From NCBI GenBank assembly GCA_973895155.1, contig OZ316894.1, positions 13,449,580 to 13,513,579 of the forward strand: 64,000 bases of DNA. The letters run 5' to 3'. A program made the translations under genes and the position numbers. The notes under the pieces were generated by a model that saw only the letters and a list, made by a program, of their open reading frames with translations, was not told the DNA's origin and did not search any database. This document shows positions 45,671 to 59,762 of this stretch, one piece after another; position 1 is the stretch's first letter; each line of letters starts with the position of its first letter. The stretch is from Marsupella aquatica (Eukaryota > Plantae > Marchantiophyta).

Positions 45671-48604
45671 AGTCACGGAACTCGACTACCTTAACACTTA
45701 GCTCCTGCGTTGCTGACTCCGACGCCGAGCTCCCTTATGGTCCAGGCGTGGATAGGCCATCCGGGGAGGACTTAGCATGGGGAGACTAGTGGGCAATGAG
45801 ACGTGGCACTAGCAAAGGCAATCGGCCAAGCTGGTGACACATACTAAGGACTTACTTAGGCAAGCTGAGAGCTGGTCGGGTCAAGGGGAAAGGGGCTGGA
45901 CTCAAGGTCAATCGTTCGGGCCCCCAGACGGAATTTGAGTTCTGAGGGCTTGAGTGTGAACTCCTCTTGGGCCCAAGGCCAATGGAGTTGACGCCATGGG
46001 CAACGGACGCTCGGGGCGTGAGTTAGGGCCCAATCCAAGTTTGGCCGATCAGGGACTCCAAGCGGCGATGAGACCTGAGGGCCTAGGCATGAGCACTGGG
46101 TCGGCCCAATCACAACGGGCTAAGGCATTCCGCTTGCAGACGCCTAACGAGAAAGTTATGGGCGTTGCTAGTTGGTGGCGCGCCCACTATGCGCGTTAGG
46201 ATCCGGGTTGGAGGCCAAATGTTTAGGGACCAAAGTTGGTCCGGGGGTGGAAGGTCTCCACAAGCATATATGAGGGGAGTGGTGTCTCCCTGGGGGCCAA
46301 GGGCAAGCCAAAGTCGTAAGCCGCGACGGTCGCGACACTAAGGGAAAGCACCAAATGGAAACGGTGATATCTTCCCAACGGGAAGTCCGTTGGAGGACTT
46401 CTTGGGTGTGTTGGAAATCTCTCGAGGAGGGCTACGTCCTCCTGAGATCATCTGGGTCTGGGGGTGCCATGGGTTTCGAGGTTTATGGGTGTTAGCTCGC
46501 CGACTTGCCAAATCCTGCCGAACAGCAGCCAAACCAAGTTCAGTATCCAAAGGGAGCTTGCATTGGGAAGGCAAGGCCAAGTAGGCATGGAGGTTGAGTT
46601 CCTTGGGTGCTTGGCCCCTAGAACATCAGTGAGGCAAGAACCGGGAGTTGGTTGCTAGAGTCGGGGCCATTCTGGTCCCGATGTGTTGTGACAAGCTTTA
46701 GGACAAGCTACGCTATTTGGGCCATGAGCATGTCCTGGGGTCAGGGCAGTCAATTGGTGATGGATAGGTACGAGGGAGAACCCATGCCGCGCCTAAGGAA
46801 GGAGTTGTTCTGGATGAACAGTGGGCGTGGGTTCTGGTTCCGGCTTATGGCATCGGGAGGACCTATCGCTGACCTATTTACCAATGTCTGTTGAGCTTGA
46901 GTTAGGATGCTAGACTTGGCGAGTTCTAGATCCTGAAGGGTTACTTACCGAGGTGCTTGGTTGCTTGTGCAGACAGTAAGGATTGTTAAGTAGCGGTCAT
47001 GTTGGAGAGCAAGTGCGGCTTTGTATGGGAGGAGCCACGGACGGTGCAAAGGGCACTAGGTTGCTTGCTCTAAGTATTCCATGGAGGCGTTTGGGCACCA
47101 GGGGCACTTAGGCGTGAGTGTTGGGATTGGTGAGGGCGTTGGGTGGCAAGGTCCACCACTTGTGGTATCAGAGCGATTGCCGGCATAGACACCGGGCCAA
47201 AGTTGTGCTAGGTCGGAATCCAAAAAATCTTAACGGATTTTTTCGGGGACTTAGTGCTTCAACGTGCCCAGCGGATTGACTGCGGGCAGAATTGCTCGCT
47301 GGGAACATGGCTAAAAACACTCAATCAAAGAGTGGCAAACAAGCTCCCTCCGCCAAGGAGCGAGCCCAAGTTCAAGACAAACAAAAGGAGGATGGGTCAA
47401 CTTCCCTAGACAAACGTTACAAGCAGGACAACAAAGACGTGGCGGCCAAATCGTCAACCGCCGTAGCAAACACGTCAAGTGCAAAGCGCCGTTGACTTAA
47501 AGGAAAGGAGGTGGCCGATCCTTCAGAGGACGGGTTGGACAATGACGGCTCCAACGCGGATGGAAGCAAAAATGATGCAAAAGCTGATTTGGAGGAAGAG
47601 GGTGAGGACCCGGAGGAGGAATTGATCCCAGCCTTGAGAGGGTTGGATGCGGAATCAGAGGATGATGTTGAGTCGGACGTCATTGTGGATAATTTGACCA
47701 AGCAAAACCAGGGCGATGCGGGTGATGCCTCAGCCCCGAGAGGTCACGGTGCTCGCCACAAAGGAACCTAAGGACAGGCGGCCTGCAAAGGAAAGATGGT
47801 TGGAGAACCGTCCTCATACAACCCGCAAGGGCCCAGCTGCTTCCGCCAGTTTGAGTCCGTTGACTCAAGACCAACAACTCATTTATGAGCAATTGGAACA
47901 CAACAAGGGGGCCCAGATTAAGTACTTACTTAGTCTGGGTAGTTAGAGTGCGACGCGTCTCGAGGGGGGAATGGTAGTTGGACGGGGTATGTTCCAAGTG
48001 AACCAGCTACCGACTCCTCCAACTTACGACGGGGCCTACGAGCAAAATGGATAAAAGTTCCTGAGTTGGCTCTCCACAATGGAGATTCACCTCCAAGCAT
48101 GTGTCGAGCGTTCCACTTGGGCTACCGCAACTGCTCCTTACCTGAAAGACTATGCCTTGACTTGGTACAAGTCTTGGAAGAAGTCGCGGGCGGTCAGTTG
48201 GTGATGGATAGGTACAAGGGGGAACCCGGGCCACGCCCAAGGAAGGAGTTGTTCTGGATAAACAGTGGGCATGGGTTCTGGTTCCGGCTTATGGCATCGG
48301 GAGGACCTATCGCTGACCTATTTACCAATGTCTGTTGAGCTTGAGTTAGGATGCTAGACTTGGCGAGTTCTAGATCTTGAAGGGTTACTTACCGAGGTGC
48401 TTGGTTTCTTGTGCAGATAGTCAGGACCGTTGAGTAGCCATCGTGTTGGAGAGCAAGTGCGGCTTTGTATGGGAGAAGCCACGGGCGATGCAAGGGGCAC
48501 TAGGTTGCTTGCTCTAAGTATTCCATGGAAGCGTTCGGGCACCAGGGGCACTTAGGCATGAGTGTTGGGATTGGTGATGGTGTTGGGTGGAAAGGTCCAC
48601 CACT
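45671..48604 (+). mobile_element. Internally deleted LTR element with AGT...ACT termini: LTR 45671-47160, tRNA-Met PBS, degenerate 5' ORF, partial 3' LTR ~48190-48604
   Basis: TSD GCATG at 45666-45670 and 48605-48609; ~410-bp direct repeat ending GGTCCACCACT at 47160 and 48604; TGGTATCAGAGC at 47163-47174. Confidence 0.78.
47163..47174 (+). promoter_or_regulatory. PBS, initiator tRNA-Met
   Basis: TGGTATCAGAGC 2 nt after the LTR end. Confidence 0.85.
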
Positions 48605-49954
48605 GCATGCAAATAAAACAATTTATGCATGCACCTTGTGGCTTGCACATTTGTTCACCTTGCATGCACATAAAAAAACTAATACAACAAATAAAACAAT
48701 TTGCACATGCATCTAAACAATTTGTGCATGCATCTTGTGGCTTGCATAGTTGTTTACCTTGCATGCACATAAATAATAGTCAAACTATTTAATTATCCCA
48801 TAATAAAATATAAACCTAATCTATATATTTAATAATATACTTAGTGATAGTAATTTCATCATGAATAATTGAATTATTACGATAGTGTCTTTGGCGTCCT
48901 CCCTATGGCCAACACAAATGATGCAAACCCCGTCGCCAAATGTTTGGTTGAGTTATACCTAAACTCGACCATTGTTAAATGCTTTGCCCAATCCTTTTGA
49001 TTGGCCGTCACAAAGTGATTGTGGAATGGCTCAATGGAGGCTTGAGTAGGAAATGCGTCAGTTTTTTGCTTTCAAGGAATAGTAATTACATAGTTTTAAT
49101 GATTAGCGGAGTTGTTAGGTTTAGGGTAACTTAATAACTAAGGAAGTAGAGTAGGGCAATAAATTGAGGAGAGGACATGTTTCTCTAAGAAGTATCAAGA
49201 GTTGAGTAAGTTATTTGGTAAGGGCGGAAAAAAGTTATGGTAGTCGGCAAGTCGGGCCGAAGGCATGACCGATACTTTTGAGTGATAAGTTTTGCTAAGA
49301 CTCACCCTATAGGTGCTAGGTAGTCCCTAGACCACACATAAAAGTCACAAAGTCAAGTGGGGTCTTAACCTAGGAGTTGTAAGTATTTTGGCAAAACTTA
49401 AAGTTACCAAATAGCGGGTCTCGGGAAAAATAGCTGATGGGAAAAAGTAGGGGTTCCAAGTTTCAAAGTAGGTTAAATATGGTCTACTCTATCCCTGGAA
49501 ACTTGTGGGAGAACTTGGTTACCTTTGGTTACTTTTTGGGAGCATCTCAAAGTTGAGAAGAATTTTGGAAAACATAAGAATTAACCCTCTTTACCTAATT
49601 TTAGCAAATTGGTTATAGGGTTTTGTTTAGATCTTAGTAAACCAAGACATAGCCCTGTGTCCAGAGAATCTATGGATCTACTCAAAAGTTGTTTTGGCCT
49701 TATGGGTGAGTTTTGGCGGTGGGTACAATATGGGTCGGGGAATTATATTTTTTCCAAAATAACGAAATCCGACTAAATGTAAAAACGCTTCGACGAGGCT
49801 ATCACAAGGCAGGAATAAGTCAAGCACAAGGGCGGCTAGGAGATGGTTGAATAGACCAGGCAATCACAAGGTGAAGGAGCTTGAGTGGGAGTGGTAGTTA
49901 GTTGGACTTTTGTTGTAGTGTGACTTTGGTAGTTAGGAGGACATTGGTGATTGG

Positions 49955-50170
49955 ACCTTGGTCCATGGTCCTCCACTTTGGTCCTTGGTCCTTGGTCCTT
50001 GGTGGGCTATCTTGGTCCTTGGTCCTCCATTTTGGTCCTTGGTCCTTGGTGGGCTACTTTGGTCCTTGGTCCTTGGTGGCTACCTTGGTCCTTGGTCCTC
50101 CACTTTGGTCCTTGGTCCTTGGTGGGCTACTTTGGTCCTTGATCCTTGGTCCTTGGTGGGCTACCTTGGT
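49955..50170. repeat. CTTGGTC-based minisatellite
   Basis: Many cttggtc 7-mers interleaved with ggtgggctac and ctccact variants. Confidence 0.85.
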
Positions 50171-51731
50171 GTGGTGTGGAAGGAGAATAGTATATAAGGA
50201 AGAAGTTTTCATTTGTTAGGGACCGGGAGTCTCATCTCTTAAGTGGAATCTCTACCTTGCCAAGGTAGGGCTAAGCTTGAGAAGGGAGAGGTGGTCCATG
50301 CTTAGTGTGGAGAATGTGTAGTGAACTTTTATTGTAAAGGTGATACAATAAAAGGAGACTTGTCAATCTTCATTGTGACCATTAAGTGTGAGTGCATTTG
50401 AAGTGTATGGGAGCAAGAGAAGAGTCCATGCTATGGTGTAATCTTGGTCTAAGCTCAAAGGGGATGTGCTAGTACAAAACCAAGGCCAAGGAGGCAAGGT
50501 TAAGGTAGAGCACTACTTTGAGACTTAGAGAGGATTATAGCTTGAGGGTGGAAAGTACTTTGCTTGGTGTGTGACCGTGTTAACAAAAAGTAAGTACAAG
50601 AGGAAGAGTCTTTAGATAGAGGAGCCTTCTCTAGAGCTCAAAGGGGATGTGTGGACCCAAACCAATGCCAGGGGGCAAGGTTGAGGGGTAACACTACTTT
50701 GAGGGTCTTGAGGAGACTTAAGCTTGAAGAGGAAAGTACTTTGGGTTCTTGGGTGTTTGTGTGAGAATCTACTCTAAGGTGACAGCTTGGAGCGGAGATC
50801 CCCCTTGCTGATCCTTGGAGTAGAGGAGAGGGGAAGGGTGTGAGTACAAAAGTAGTCAAGGGGACTACCTCTCTAGAAGTGGAGAGTTACAACTACTTAT
50901 GTATGGAGTGATTAGACATTGTAGGCACATTTCAGAAGTTTTGTCAATCCTTTGTGACCCTGGTATGATATGGAGCAGGTATTAGGTAGTTTTTTGGGGA
51001 GAAAAACCGCTTAAGCTCCTTGACAAGTGTTTGACAGTGATGCAAGTAGTCCTCCACGATACCATTCACTTGTTTTGTTTGGCCATCCACCTCATGATGA
51101 TACGTTGATCCTCTGGTAAGGTCTGTTCTGGATAATCGAAACAACGCCTTCCAAAAATGGTGTGTGAACTTGGTATCGCAGTCGGACAAGATATGCAACA
51201 GAAATCCCCATTGTTAGAAGACATTGTCAAACATTAGACCGAAACCTCTCGGGCCGAAACCATTTTTGTAGCCGGCAAGAATTATGTCATCTTGGAAAAA
51301 CGATCCACGATTGTTAAGATGGAGTTACTGTTGTGGGACTTAGGTAACCCCATAATGAAGTCCATAGAGATGGACTTCCATGGAGCTGCAACTACTGGTA
51401 AGGGTTGCAGAAGTCCTCTTTTTGCCCTATAGACCGTTTTGGCACGAGTAACACTTTGCACATGGTGAAGAACCAATTGCTTCATGTCCTGCCAATACAC
51501 ATCTCGTGACATGCTCCAATATGTAGCAGCTTTTTTGCCATGCCCTCCCCATGGCTAGTCGTGGTACTTTTGTAGAACCTCCAATCTTAGAGACTCTAGG
51601 ATGTACACACGCCTTTGCTTGTATCGCTAGAACTGGACATTATGCGTGGTATCCAACCCCAAAGAAACGTGCCTTACCTTGCCTTGGCTACCCCCATTGC
51701 TTTGCCATTCCTTGGCTATTATGTCATCCCC

Positions 51732-54200
51732 TGTCAAGCGGTTGACATTGGGTCTTGACACCAAAGCTGTCACTATTGGGTGCCAAAACTATCTCATTGT
51801 ACCTGAGGATCACGGAGGGATGTTGTGAAGGCTGGTATACACCGGTTTATCCCCTTAACGCCAGACTATCAAAGCAAGACTCTGTCACACATCATCCAAG
51901 CTCAATCCCAAAGGACCAAGGTTGGGAATCAGCTCTTGCACTCATGATAGTTCTGGTGAGAAGGGGGTCTTCATGTCGGGCCCGTACACACAGGGCCTAG
52001 CGCTACGGTGCGCATATGTCTATACGTATGCTTACTGCCATAGGTATGTTTCTATTCCGCCGCCGGAATGTACCCATAAACTAGTGACTCTGACTGATTC
52101 CCGACTTAGGGACTTCTAAGCCATTGCCCCACCACTCTGCCATTTCACTCCCAGCAATCAGAGTTATGATAGCCCTCACCCAACCCACTTCAATGCACCC
52201 GGTACACCTCTCAGTGGCGCTACTAGTCCCATCATACACTCAGATTGCCTCACACACACACACATCCATGAGAGAAATGAGGCCTGAGAGGAAAACTCAA
52301 TTAGATTCAACGATGTGCACAATAGTTCACTGAGAACACTTGATTCGAACAATAGTCCTGAAGGCTGTCTACTCCAGATTGCGACGTGCTTGCCCCGCAA
52401 GCCCCGTGCTTGCCATGCAAGCTCAATCCTGAACCTGAGCCTGAGCCTGAGCCCGACTCACTCCAGATTGCGACGGCAGATTGGACTCGAACCAATCCCG
52501 TACTTGCCTTGCAAACTCAATCCTGAACTCAACCTCCTTCATTCTTGGGGGCACATACAGATCTCACACCTCCATTTCAGAATGTCAAGTTACGCATGCA
52601 TAGTTGACTCGACTTCAAAGCTGGTACCAGGCCTAACGGCAATCTACCCCAGACTACAATGAGGCCCGGCCTCATGCTTGCCCTGCAAGCTCAGCTCTAG
52701 CCATAAATCCCTTAGTGCTCTCTACCAGACAAAGGCCGGGACTCCCCATGGATCACGTAGCCTTGCCAAACTGAACTGTAAATGCTCCTCCTGCTGCACC
52801 TCAATCAGTGTCTCAGCCTCCCTACTGTGCTCATCGTAAATGCAATCAAAATCCTCCCCACAGTTTACAATCACCAATACGTCACCTATCACCAAGGCTA
52901 TGTATCGGGGGAAAAGAACCCAGTTGTGCTGCCCACTAGAAAGAGCCACAATCCAGCTCGCAAACCTGGCAAACTGTTGTTGTGAAGCTTGGCTGATTAC
53001 TCCCTGAGTAATAGCACAACCCAGCTCTCCCCAACACACGACGTCCAAGTCCAGCCTTGCTTGCACAGAGCTCCTCCCTGATGCTCAGTCTACGTGAGAT
53101 CACACAACTGAAGTCCCCCCTGCCTCTACCGGGGGGCTGCCCTATATACTCTCACACTAAGCCCAAATGGGTGGATGCTACGTTGTTGGCGCCCCATCCT
53201 AGCCCTAACAGAGCCGCCACTATATCTAACTACTAAACCCTAACTCACAACTTTATTTCTATCTCAAACTGACTATGTACTTCGGATTTGGCCCTCCTCC
53301 ATGGTTTTTGCGAGCTTGCGCCTCCTCTCCCGATTTCTCTATTCAACCATTTGCTGCGTGGGTAGCAGAGTTGGAAGCGGCTTGAGCTCCTCTTTCCAAC
53401 GAGGTCAATTATAGCCGATTTGGGCAAATACAGAGAAAGTTATGCCCCCGCAACTGAGAGGGGGTACGCACTGTTGCGCTAACCCGAGTTACATAGCTAA
53501 CCCGAGTTTGGCTAACCAAGCTATCTATCTAGCCCGAGTAGAGCTAACCCGTGGCCTCTGGCTAATCTGCTACCCGCTAGTCTGCTAGTCTGCTAGTATG
53601 CTATCGCTAGTCTGCTAGTCCGCTAGCCACTAGTCTGCTATCCGCTAGTCTGCTAGTCTGCTATCGCTAGTCTACTAGTCTGCTAGCCGCTAGTCCGCTA
53701 GTATGCTAGTCCGCTAGTCTGCTATCCGCTAGTCTGCTAGTCTGCTAGCCGCTAGTCTGAGCCCAAACCTGAGCTGACCTATGCTAACACGGGCCCGAGG
53801 TCAGGCTAACCCAAACTTGGGCTAAGCCTAAGCTGAAGCCGGGATGACCTAAGCTAAGCCGTGGCCAAGCTTAGGTTAACCCGAAACCGAAGCCAAACCC
53901 GCTAATTCCGGCCACAAGTTAACCCGACACACTAACCAGGCCGTATCTTTCTTAATACACCTCTGTTTCCCGAGTGTTTTATATCAATTTTACTCGCCTT
54001 AACCAGATCTTTCCAATGCTCTTTATAGATTTGGATTTGGCGACACATTGAAAGAGATACGGTCACCAACCACCCGCGACATATGATTGCCCTTATTCTT
54101 GCCATCTCGCTGATCGTTCTACAGTCTCACAGTTACTTACTGTGCACAACATACCAATTCCATCGTATTATTGAATAAGGACCATGTCATCGGCGTCACA
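51732..54200 (-). mobile_element. Family-3 solo LTR (2469 bp)
   Basis: TG...CA; TSD TCCCC at 51727-51731 and 54201-54205; inverted homologue of 38913-41672. Confidence 0.88.
53560..53760. repeat. GCTAGTCT-type 8-bp minisatellite in the family-3 LTR
   Basis: Directly visible. Confidence 0.85.
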
Positions 54201-56599
54201 TCCCCATACGCCTCAGCCAGAACCTTCGGCCACTCGGATTCAAACATTGTGATCCCATTGACATGATGATGGTTCCTACGCAATAACGCGTCAGCTACCG
54301 TGTTTGTCTTCCCAGGATCATGACGGACTTTGAAATCAAAATCCACCAAGAACATCTGCCAGCGCATTTCCTTGGGGTTCAGCCTTGGCTTACAACTGAA
54401 GTACCTTGTCGGCAAGCTATCCGTGTGTATTACCACTTTAGGACCGTTCTTAAGGTAATCTCCCACTTCTTCAACGCGTAGATCATTGCATACATTTCCC
54501 TTTCCAGCGTGATCCATTGATTTTCTAACTTACATGACTTAAAGGCCACAAGACGCCCATCTTGGTGAAGATAGGCGCCAATGGCGTAACACTTGTGTCT
54601 GTCCAAATCTCAAACGGCTTCCCCATCTCAGGTAACTTTAGAACCAGCGGTGTTACCATCAACCGCTTAAGTTCTAGGAATGCTAACTCGCAATCTTGTG
54701 TCCACACAAACACTTTGTTTTTCATTGTTAGCGCGTTTAGGGGTCTTGTGATCCTCGCATAGTCTTTCATGTATCTTCGATAGAACCCCGTAAATCCCAA
54801 GAAATCTCTAACCTGCCTTACATTGGATGGGCGCTCCCATTCTTTGATCTCCTTAAGCTAGTCCTGACTAGGCGTAATCCCCTCTAGGGTAAAGGTATGG
54901 CCAAGGAATTGAATCTCGCTCATCGCAAACTTGCACTTGCTAGGTTTAGCAAAGAGACAAACCTTACAAAAGCGAGAGAACACTTCTTTGAGCAACTGCT
55001 CATGTTCCTCCAACATTTTTGAGTAGATTAGGATGTTGTCAATAAAGACGACCACTCCTTGGTCCAACAAGTCATGAAAGATGGTATTCATCATCTTCAT
55101 GAACGTTGCGATTTCATTACACAGCCCGAACGGCATAACCAAAAATTCATAGGATCCGAACCTTGTGCGCATCGCGGTCTTATACTCGTCTCCCTTAGCC
55201 ATGCGGATCTGGTAATACCCAGACCGCAAGTTCACCTTTGAAAACTTCTTAGCCCTAGAGGCAATCGAAGATGTCATCCATATGAGGTGATGGGTACTTG
55301 TTCTTTACCGTTTGCTTATTGAGGACCCGATAATCTGCGCACAATCTCAAAGTACCATCCTTTTTGGACACAAACAGTGAGGGCGCCCCATAAGGACTCT
55401 TACTAGGATGAATGAACCCCTGGTCCATCAGCTCTTCCAAGGCGTTCTTCAACATCATTTGTTTGTTCAGGTTTAGACAATAAGGAGCTTTAGCCTAAGG
55501 AGCCAAACCTGGCTCTAGCTCAACTTGGTGATCCACTTCTCTTTGTGGGGGTAAACCTTTAGGTACCTTCTGCAAGAGCACATCATTGAATTCCTCTAAA
55601 ATTTCAGTGAATTCCGCAGTCGGGCCCGACCTTAGTTGACTTAACCTTCGGCTGCGAAGCAGCCTCCTTAACTAGATGGAGATGAAAGAAGAAACATTCA
55701 TGTCCACCCTTGAAGTTTTTCCACCATTGCTTTGCCGATACACACGGAGACAACCACAACACTTTACTTACTTTGAGAAATATTTCTTTATTTTGGTAAT
55801 TTCGTGTACAACGATGGGCTCACCGCCCTTATTGGGAAAATTGAGCACCTCATCCCTTGGTTTCAAGGTAACATTGTGCTTTCTAAGATAACCTACTGAC
55901 AAAATGAAGTCTACGGCTAGACCATCTAGAACGTAGAACATCTCCTGACTAATAAAATTTTGTTGTTTGCCTATGACCTCTACCCAAAATCTATGTACCA
56001 CTCTTGACACTATCCTTTTTGTGTCGCTGGCAAACTTGCACACTAACGGTTGTAGCAACTCTTGCATGCCCACCCCAAGACGTGCCACCGCCTGCCCACT
56101 TGTGAAGCAAGCGGTTGCGCCTGTATCCACCAAAGCAACACCTAGATTACCATTAGAAGTGACATTCACAAAAATCAGCTTTTCAGGATCCATTGTCTTA
56201 ACCTTAGGTATCTTCTCTTGCAACAACACCTTCTCTCCGGCAGGAACATCCCCTACAGGGACCTCGTCAACTACTAAGGAATTGGTTAGAGCGATACTTA
56301 CCTTTATGCCTTTCTGCCCTCCATCTCCGCTCGGCTTGCCACCTTTCTTGGGACAATCCTTATTTTGATGGCCCATGGCGCCGCATGTGTCGCACGAACC
56401 TTCAGCCCGCCTTTGCTCCATGAGCGCCCGCTTCTTTGCTTTTTGCGCCGATGAGGTTCCTTTCTTGAAGTTGTTGGCCTTCCGGTTACACTTCGCTTCT
56501 CCATTCTGGGGTTGAGGATCCGAACCACCGGCCCGCGCCCCCTTAGGCTGCTTGCGCTTCTTCCCGAGAAGAGCTTCCCCCTAAGATCCCTTGCCACCC

Positions 56600-56975
56600 A
56601 CTTCACCAAGTGGAATGAACTAGTTGCATTGCCGGATATAGCTAGTGGAGGAGTTATTGCCACATTTTTGGATGGAGTACTCTATCATTTTGGAGCACCA
56701 ATTGAGGTATTGACTGATCAGGGCACAGAGTTTTGTGGAGAGTTTGAGAGTTTGTGTGAGCAAGCTCTCATTGACCATCATACTACTTGTTGCGATCATT
56801 CTGAGGCAGATGGATTGATTGAGAGAGTTGTACAAATTGTGAAGGGAGTATTGTACAAGTATGGCTTGTAGGTTGGTCATATAGGCTACCATTTCAGCTG
56901 CCAAGCATCACTTGCATCCTTCTCACCTTACTTTTTGCTTCATGGTAGAGAGCCAGATTTACCAGCAACTAGGTG
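56600..56975 (+). pseudogene. Retrotransposon integrase core fragment
   Basis: FGAPIEVLTDQGTEFCGEF...HSEADGLIERVVQ. Confidence 0.7.
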
Positions 56976-57249
56976 AGATGGTGGAATATTAGTACACTTT
57001 CTCTCTCTCTTGCATCTCACTTGCAGTTGGCCTCCTGATCTTCACACCTAAAAAGATGTATATCAACTTTGTAAAACTCATGGCTAGCTAGAGTTAGGGG
57101 ACCTTACTCCCAACTAGGGGGGTGATTGTGACTTTTGGACATGAATGGAGATGAATTCCACCTGTAGCTCATTCTCCACATAAGTCATTATATTGAATAA
57201 ATTGAATTTGTATGGAAAAACCTTAATATGAGGCAAAATGAAAGAATCT

Positions 57250-57930
57250 ACTAAAATAATTTTGCCTTTTTATGGATTTCTCCAAAGCATTTGATAGTAT
57301 GCAGATCCAAACTTTGGGCTAGGATGGTGGACTTAGGAGTGTTTGAATAGATCAGGCTGTACCAAGAAGTGCACATCAAACTCTCAAAAGACATATCTAA
57401 AGAAATCTGGAGCACTCTTGGTGTGATCCAAAGTTGTACTCTCCCACCTACTCTCTTTGGCATCTTCATTGATTAAACACAATATTGTGGAGGAGCATGG
57501 TGGAGTTGGTACTCAATTGGGTAGCTTCCTCCTCCAACTTCTAATATTTGGAGATGACATGGTCTTATTTGCTCATGATCAAGAAGCCTTGCAAAAGACA
57601 TTTCAATGCTTTGGAAGAATTTTGCCAAGCGACAGGTATGACAATCAACCTTAAGAAGACCAAATGTTTGGGCATTGGCACACAACAAAATCCATTGCTT
57701 TGCTTCCAAGGAAATCCAGTGGAATTTGTGAACACCTACAAGTACCTTGGAGTGGAGTTCTCTCAAAACTTGATACCTGTCAATCAACCTTAAGAAGACC
57801 AAATGTTTGGGCATTGGCATGCCACAACAAAATCCATTGCTTTGCTTCCAAGGAAATCCAGTGGAATTTGTGAACACCTACATGTACCTTGGAGTGGAGT
57901 TCTCTCAAAACTTGAGTTGGGCCAATGGGT
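57250..57930 (+). mobile_element. Degenerate LINE reverse transcriptase fragment with a ~139-bp internal tandem duplication
   Basis: FMDFSKAFDS, GVIQSCTLPPTLF, LIFGDDMVL, INLKKTK, YKYLGVEF motifs across frames; ~57642-57773 repeated at 57781-57913. Confidence 0.7.
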
Positions 57931-58090
57931 ATGACGACCGTGAAAGGAAACAACAAAAAGAAAACAGGTAACAGTAAATATGGTCATGAAAGGCACTAAT
58001 ATTGCCAAAATAACATCTAAAACTACATATTCCTGGAATCATTTACACATCTTCATTCCTTTCCAGGACCTTTCCATTATTTATGTGAGA

Positions 58091-58186
58091 CCAAATTTGG
58101 GTCTAGCTTCAAAACTTTTGGTCAAGGCTCGAAAATCTACCAAATTTGGGTCTAGCTTCAAAACTTTTGGTCAAGGCTCGAAAATC
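58091..58186. repeat. ~50-bp tandem duplication
   Basis: ccaaatttgggtctagcttcaaaacttttggtcaaggctcgaaaatc twice. Confidence 0.85.
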
Positions 58187-59152
58187 ATAACTGACAATCT
58201 CAACTTACTCACTGAGACCAACGCACCCTAAACCCCTAAAGCACTGCCTAGCTTAGGGAAGACCTTGACCTCCTCCCACAGCTTTAAGATAGTTGATTGG
58301 ACTCGCCATGGTACTCACCCGTGACCTGGCACAACCTTTGGACCTGGACTGTTTCATCATGGCAGACCATAGTTCTGGGTCCGGAGAGCCCGTTTCGATT
58401 CACTTTAGTGTCTGGCTGAAATTGGAAGTTAGTCCCTGGATATGGATGTTCAATTGCAATGGTGGAGGACTTGATTGGACCTCAGGTTCGGAAATTGTAT
58501 TCACCGGGTAAATGCACGACGATGAAATACACATGATTCTTGACAACATCTGCCAGAAGATCCAATGCATGCCATTGTCTGTCCTCCGCAAGACAAATCC
58601 ACACAAGTGTAAAACAAATTCATAATGGGACTCCTCTCATCCCTACACGAAAAGTTTCGTGTAGAAATCATTTATCCAAACCCGAACGCCTCCTCAGCCA
58701 ACGCTCTGGCGCTCCAACCTCATACTCCCGATCTTGAACGAAGAACTTGCTCTCCTCAAAAACATTTTCATTTACTCAAAACTTGAACATATTGCCAACA
58801 GGCTTGTTCAAAGAAGATACAATGGAAAATTGTAACTATAGTGCTTGATCATAAACTAAAAACCAAATGAAAGTCAGGGATTATTGAGCGACATAGACCA
58901 TTTGGCTAACGCCAGGCACTATCTAAAATATATGTACCAGGTCACCTAGTGGTCAAACGGTAATTGTCCTGTGGGAAGTTTGTAAACATAGAAACACGTA
59001 TGAATGTTTGTAAACATAGAAGCAAGTATGAATATTTGGCAATCGTCAGGCGCTATCTAAATAGACCAAAAGATAATGTATTCAAAGGAAGATTGACAAC
59101 AAAATAAACTCAAAGGGAGATGTTTATTACTGTACTTCAAGAGTAGCGCCAT

Positions 59153-59303
59153 GAGCTATTTTGCAAGAACATCCATTTCTTGCGGATTGGACTCCGTAAA
59201 TTACTTTGTTGCTAAGACCATAATGGAGGAGCTATTTTGCAAGAACATCCATTTCTTGCGGATTGGACTCCGTAAAATACTTTGTTGCTAAGACCATAAT
59301 GGA
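59153..59303. repeat. ~76-bp tandem duplication downstream of the ADK gene
   Basis: gagctattttgcaagaacatcc...gaccataatgga twice. Confidence 0.85.
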
Positions 59304-59762
59304 CATTCTTGCCAAAGTCATCTAGGAGGAAGTCAAAAGAGTGGGATCTTGCAATTGAGATAACATGACCAACCACCTTATTCATTAACTCTTAATAGAC
59401 CACCATGGGTCGTAAACAATGGTATGTACAAAACAATTACTCTAAACTATCATCAATACGTTTCTATCGGAAGAAAGGGACCAGTAGTAGTGACGAAGTA
59501 GAGAGCTTTCATCCAAGCTACACCTAGCGTAAGCTCTGACGAGTGGTTACAGTGATACTGCTGATTTTGGATAGCGAACTCCAACCACACCGTTACGATT
59601 CCGATTGAGTAGACCCTGAATTTGATTTTCAATGCCTAAATTTTCTCGGCCTGAACATTCAAAATAGGGTACGGTGTAATAATCTGATGCCATGCGCGAA
59701 TAAAATCACGCTGAAGCGAAAAAATGCCTCACAACAATGACAACTTACTAGCCGCAAGAAAA

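Larger units (their letters stand above)
45552..48775. repeat. ~79-bp AT-rich tandem repeat (atttgttcaccttgcatgc...) split by an insertion: 45552-45670 and 48605-48775
   Basis: Unit starts at 45552 and 45631 and continues in register after 48609. Confidence 0.75.
50944..56480 (-). mobile_element. Degenerate chromovirus-like Ty3/Gypsy internal region (gag knuckle, PR, RT, RH, partial INT) interrupted by a solo LTR
   Basis: CDTCGAMGHQNKDC; ALVDTGAT; [22 protein letters not shown]; LRSGYYQIR; MPFGLCN; FIDNILIYS; GFTGFYRRY; WKSISMDFIMGLP. Confidence 0.85.

Noticed and set aside
49902-50219. Hydrophobic W/L/G-rich ORFs
   Set aside because: Translations of the CTTGGTC minisatellite
48800-50943. 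Possible additional LTR(s)
   Set aside because: Repeat-like composition, but I could not find matching termini, TSD, PBS or a second copy
58293-58737. Possible gene or LINE fragment
   Set aside because: No recognisable motif or convincing splice structure
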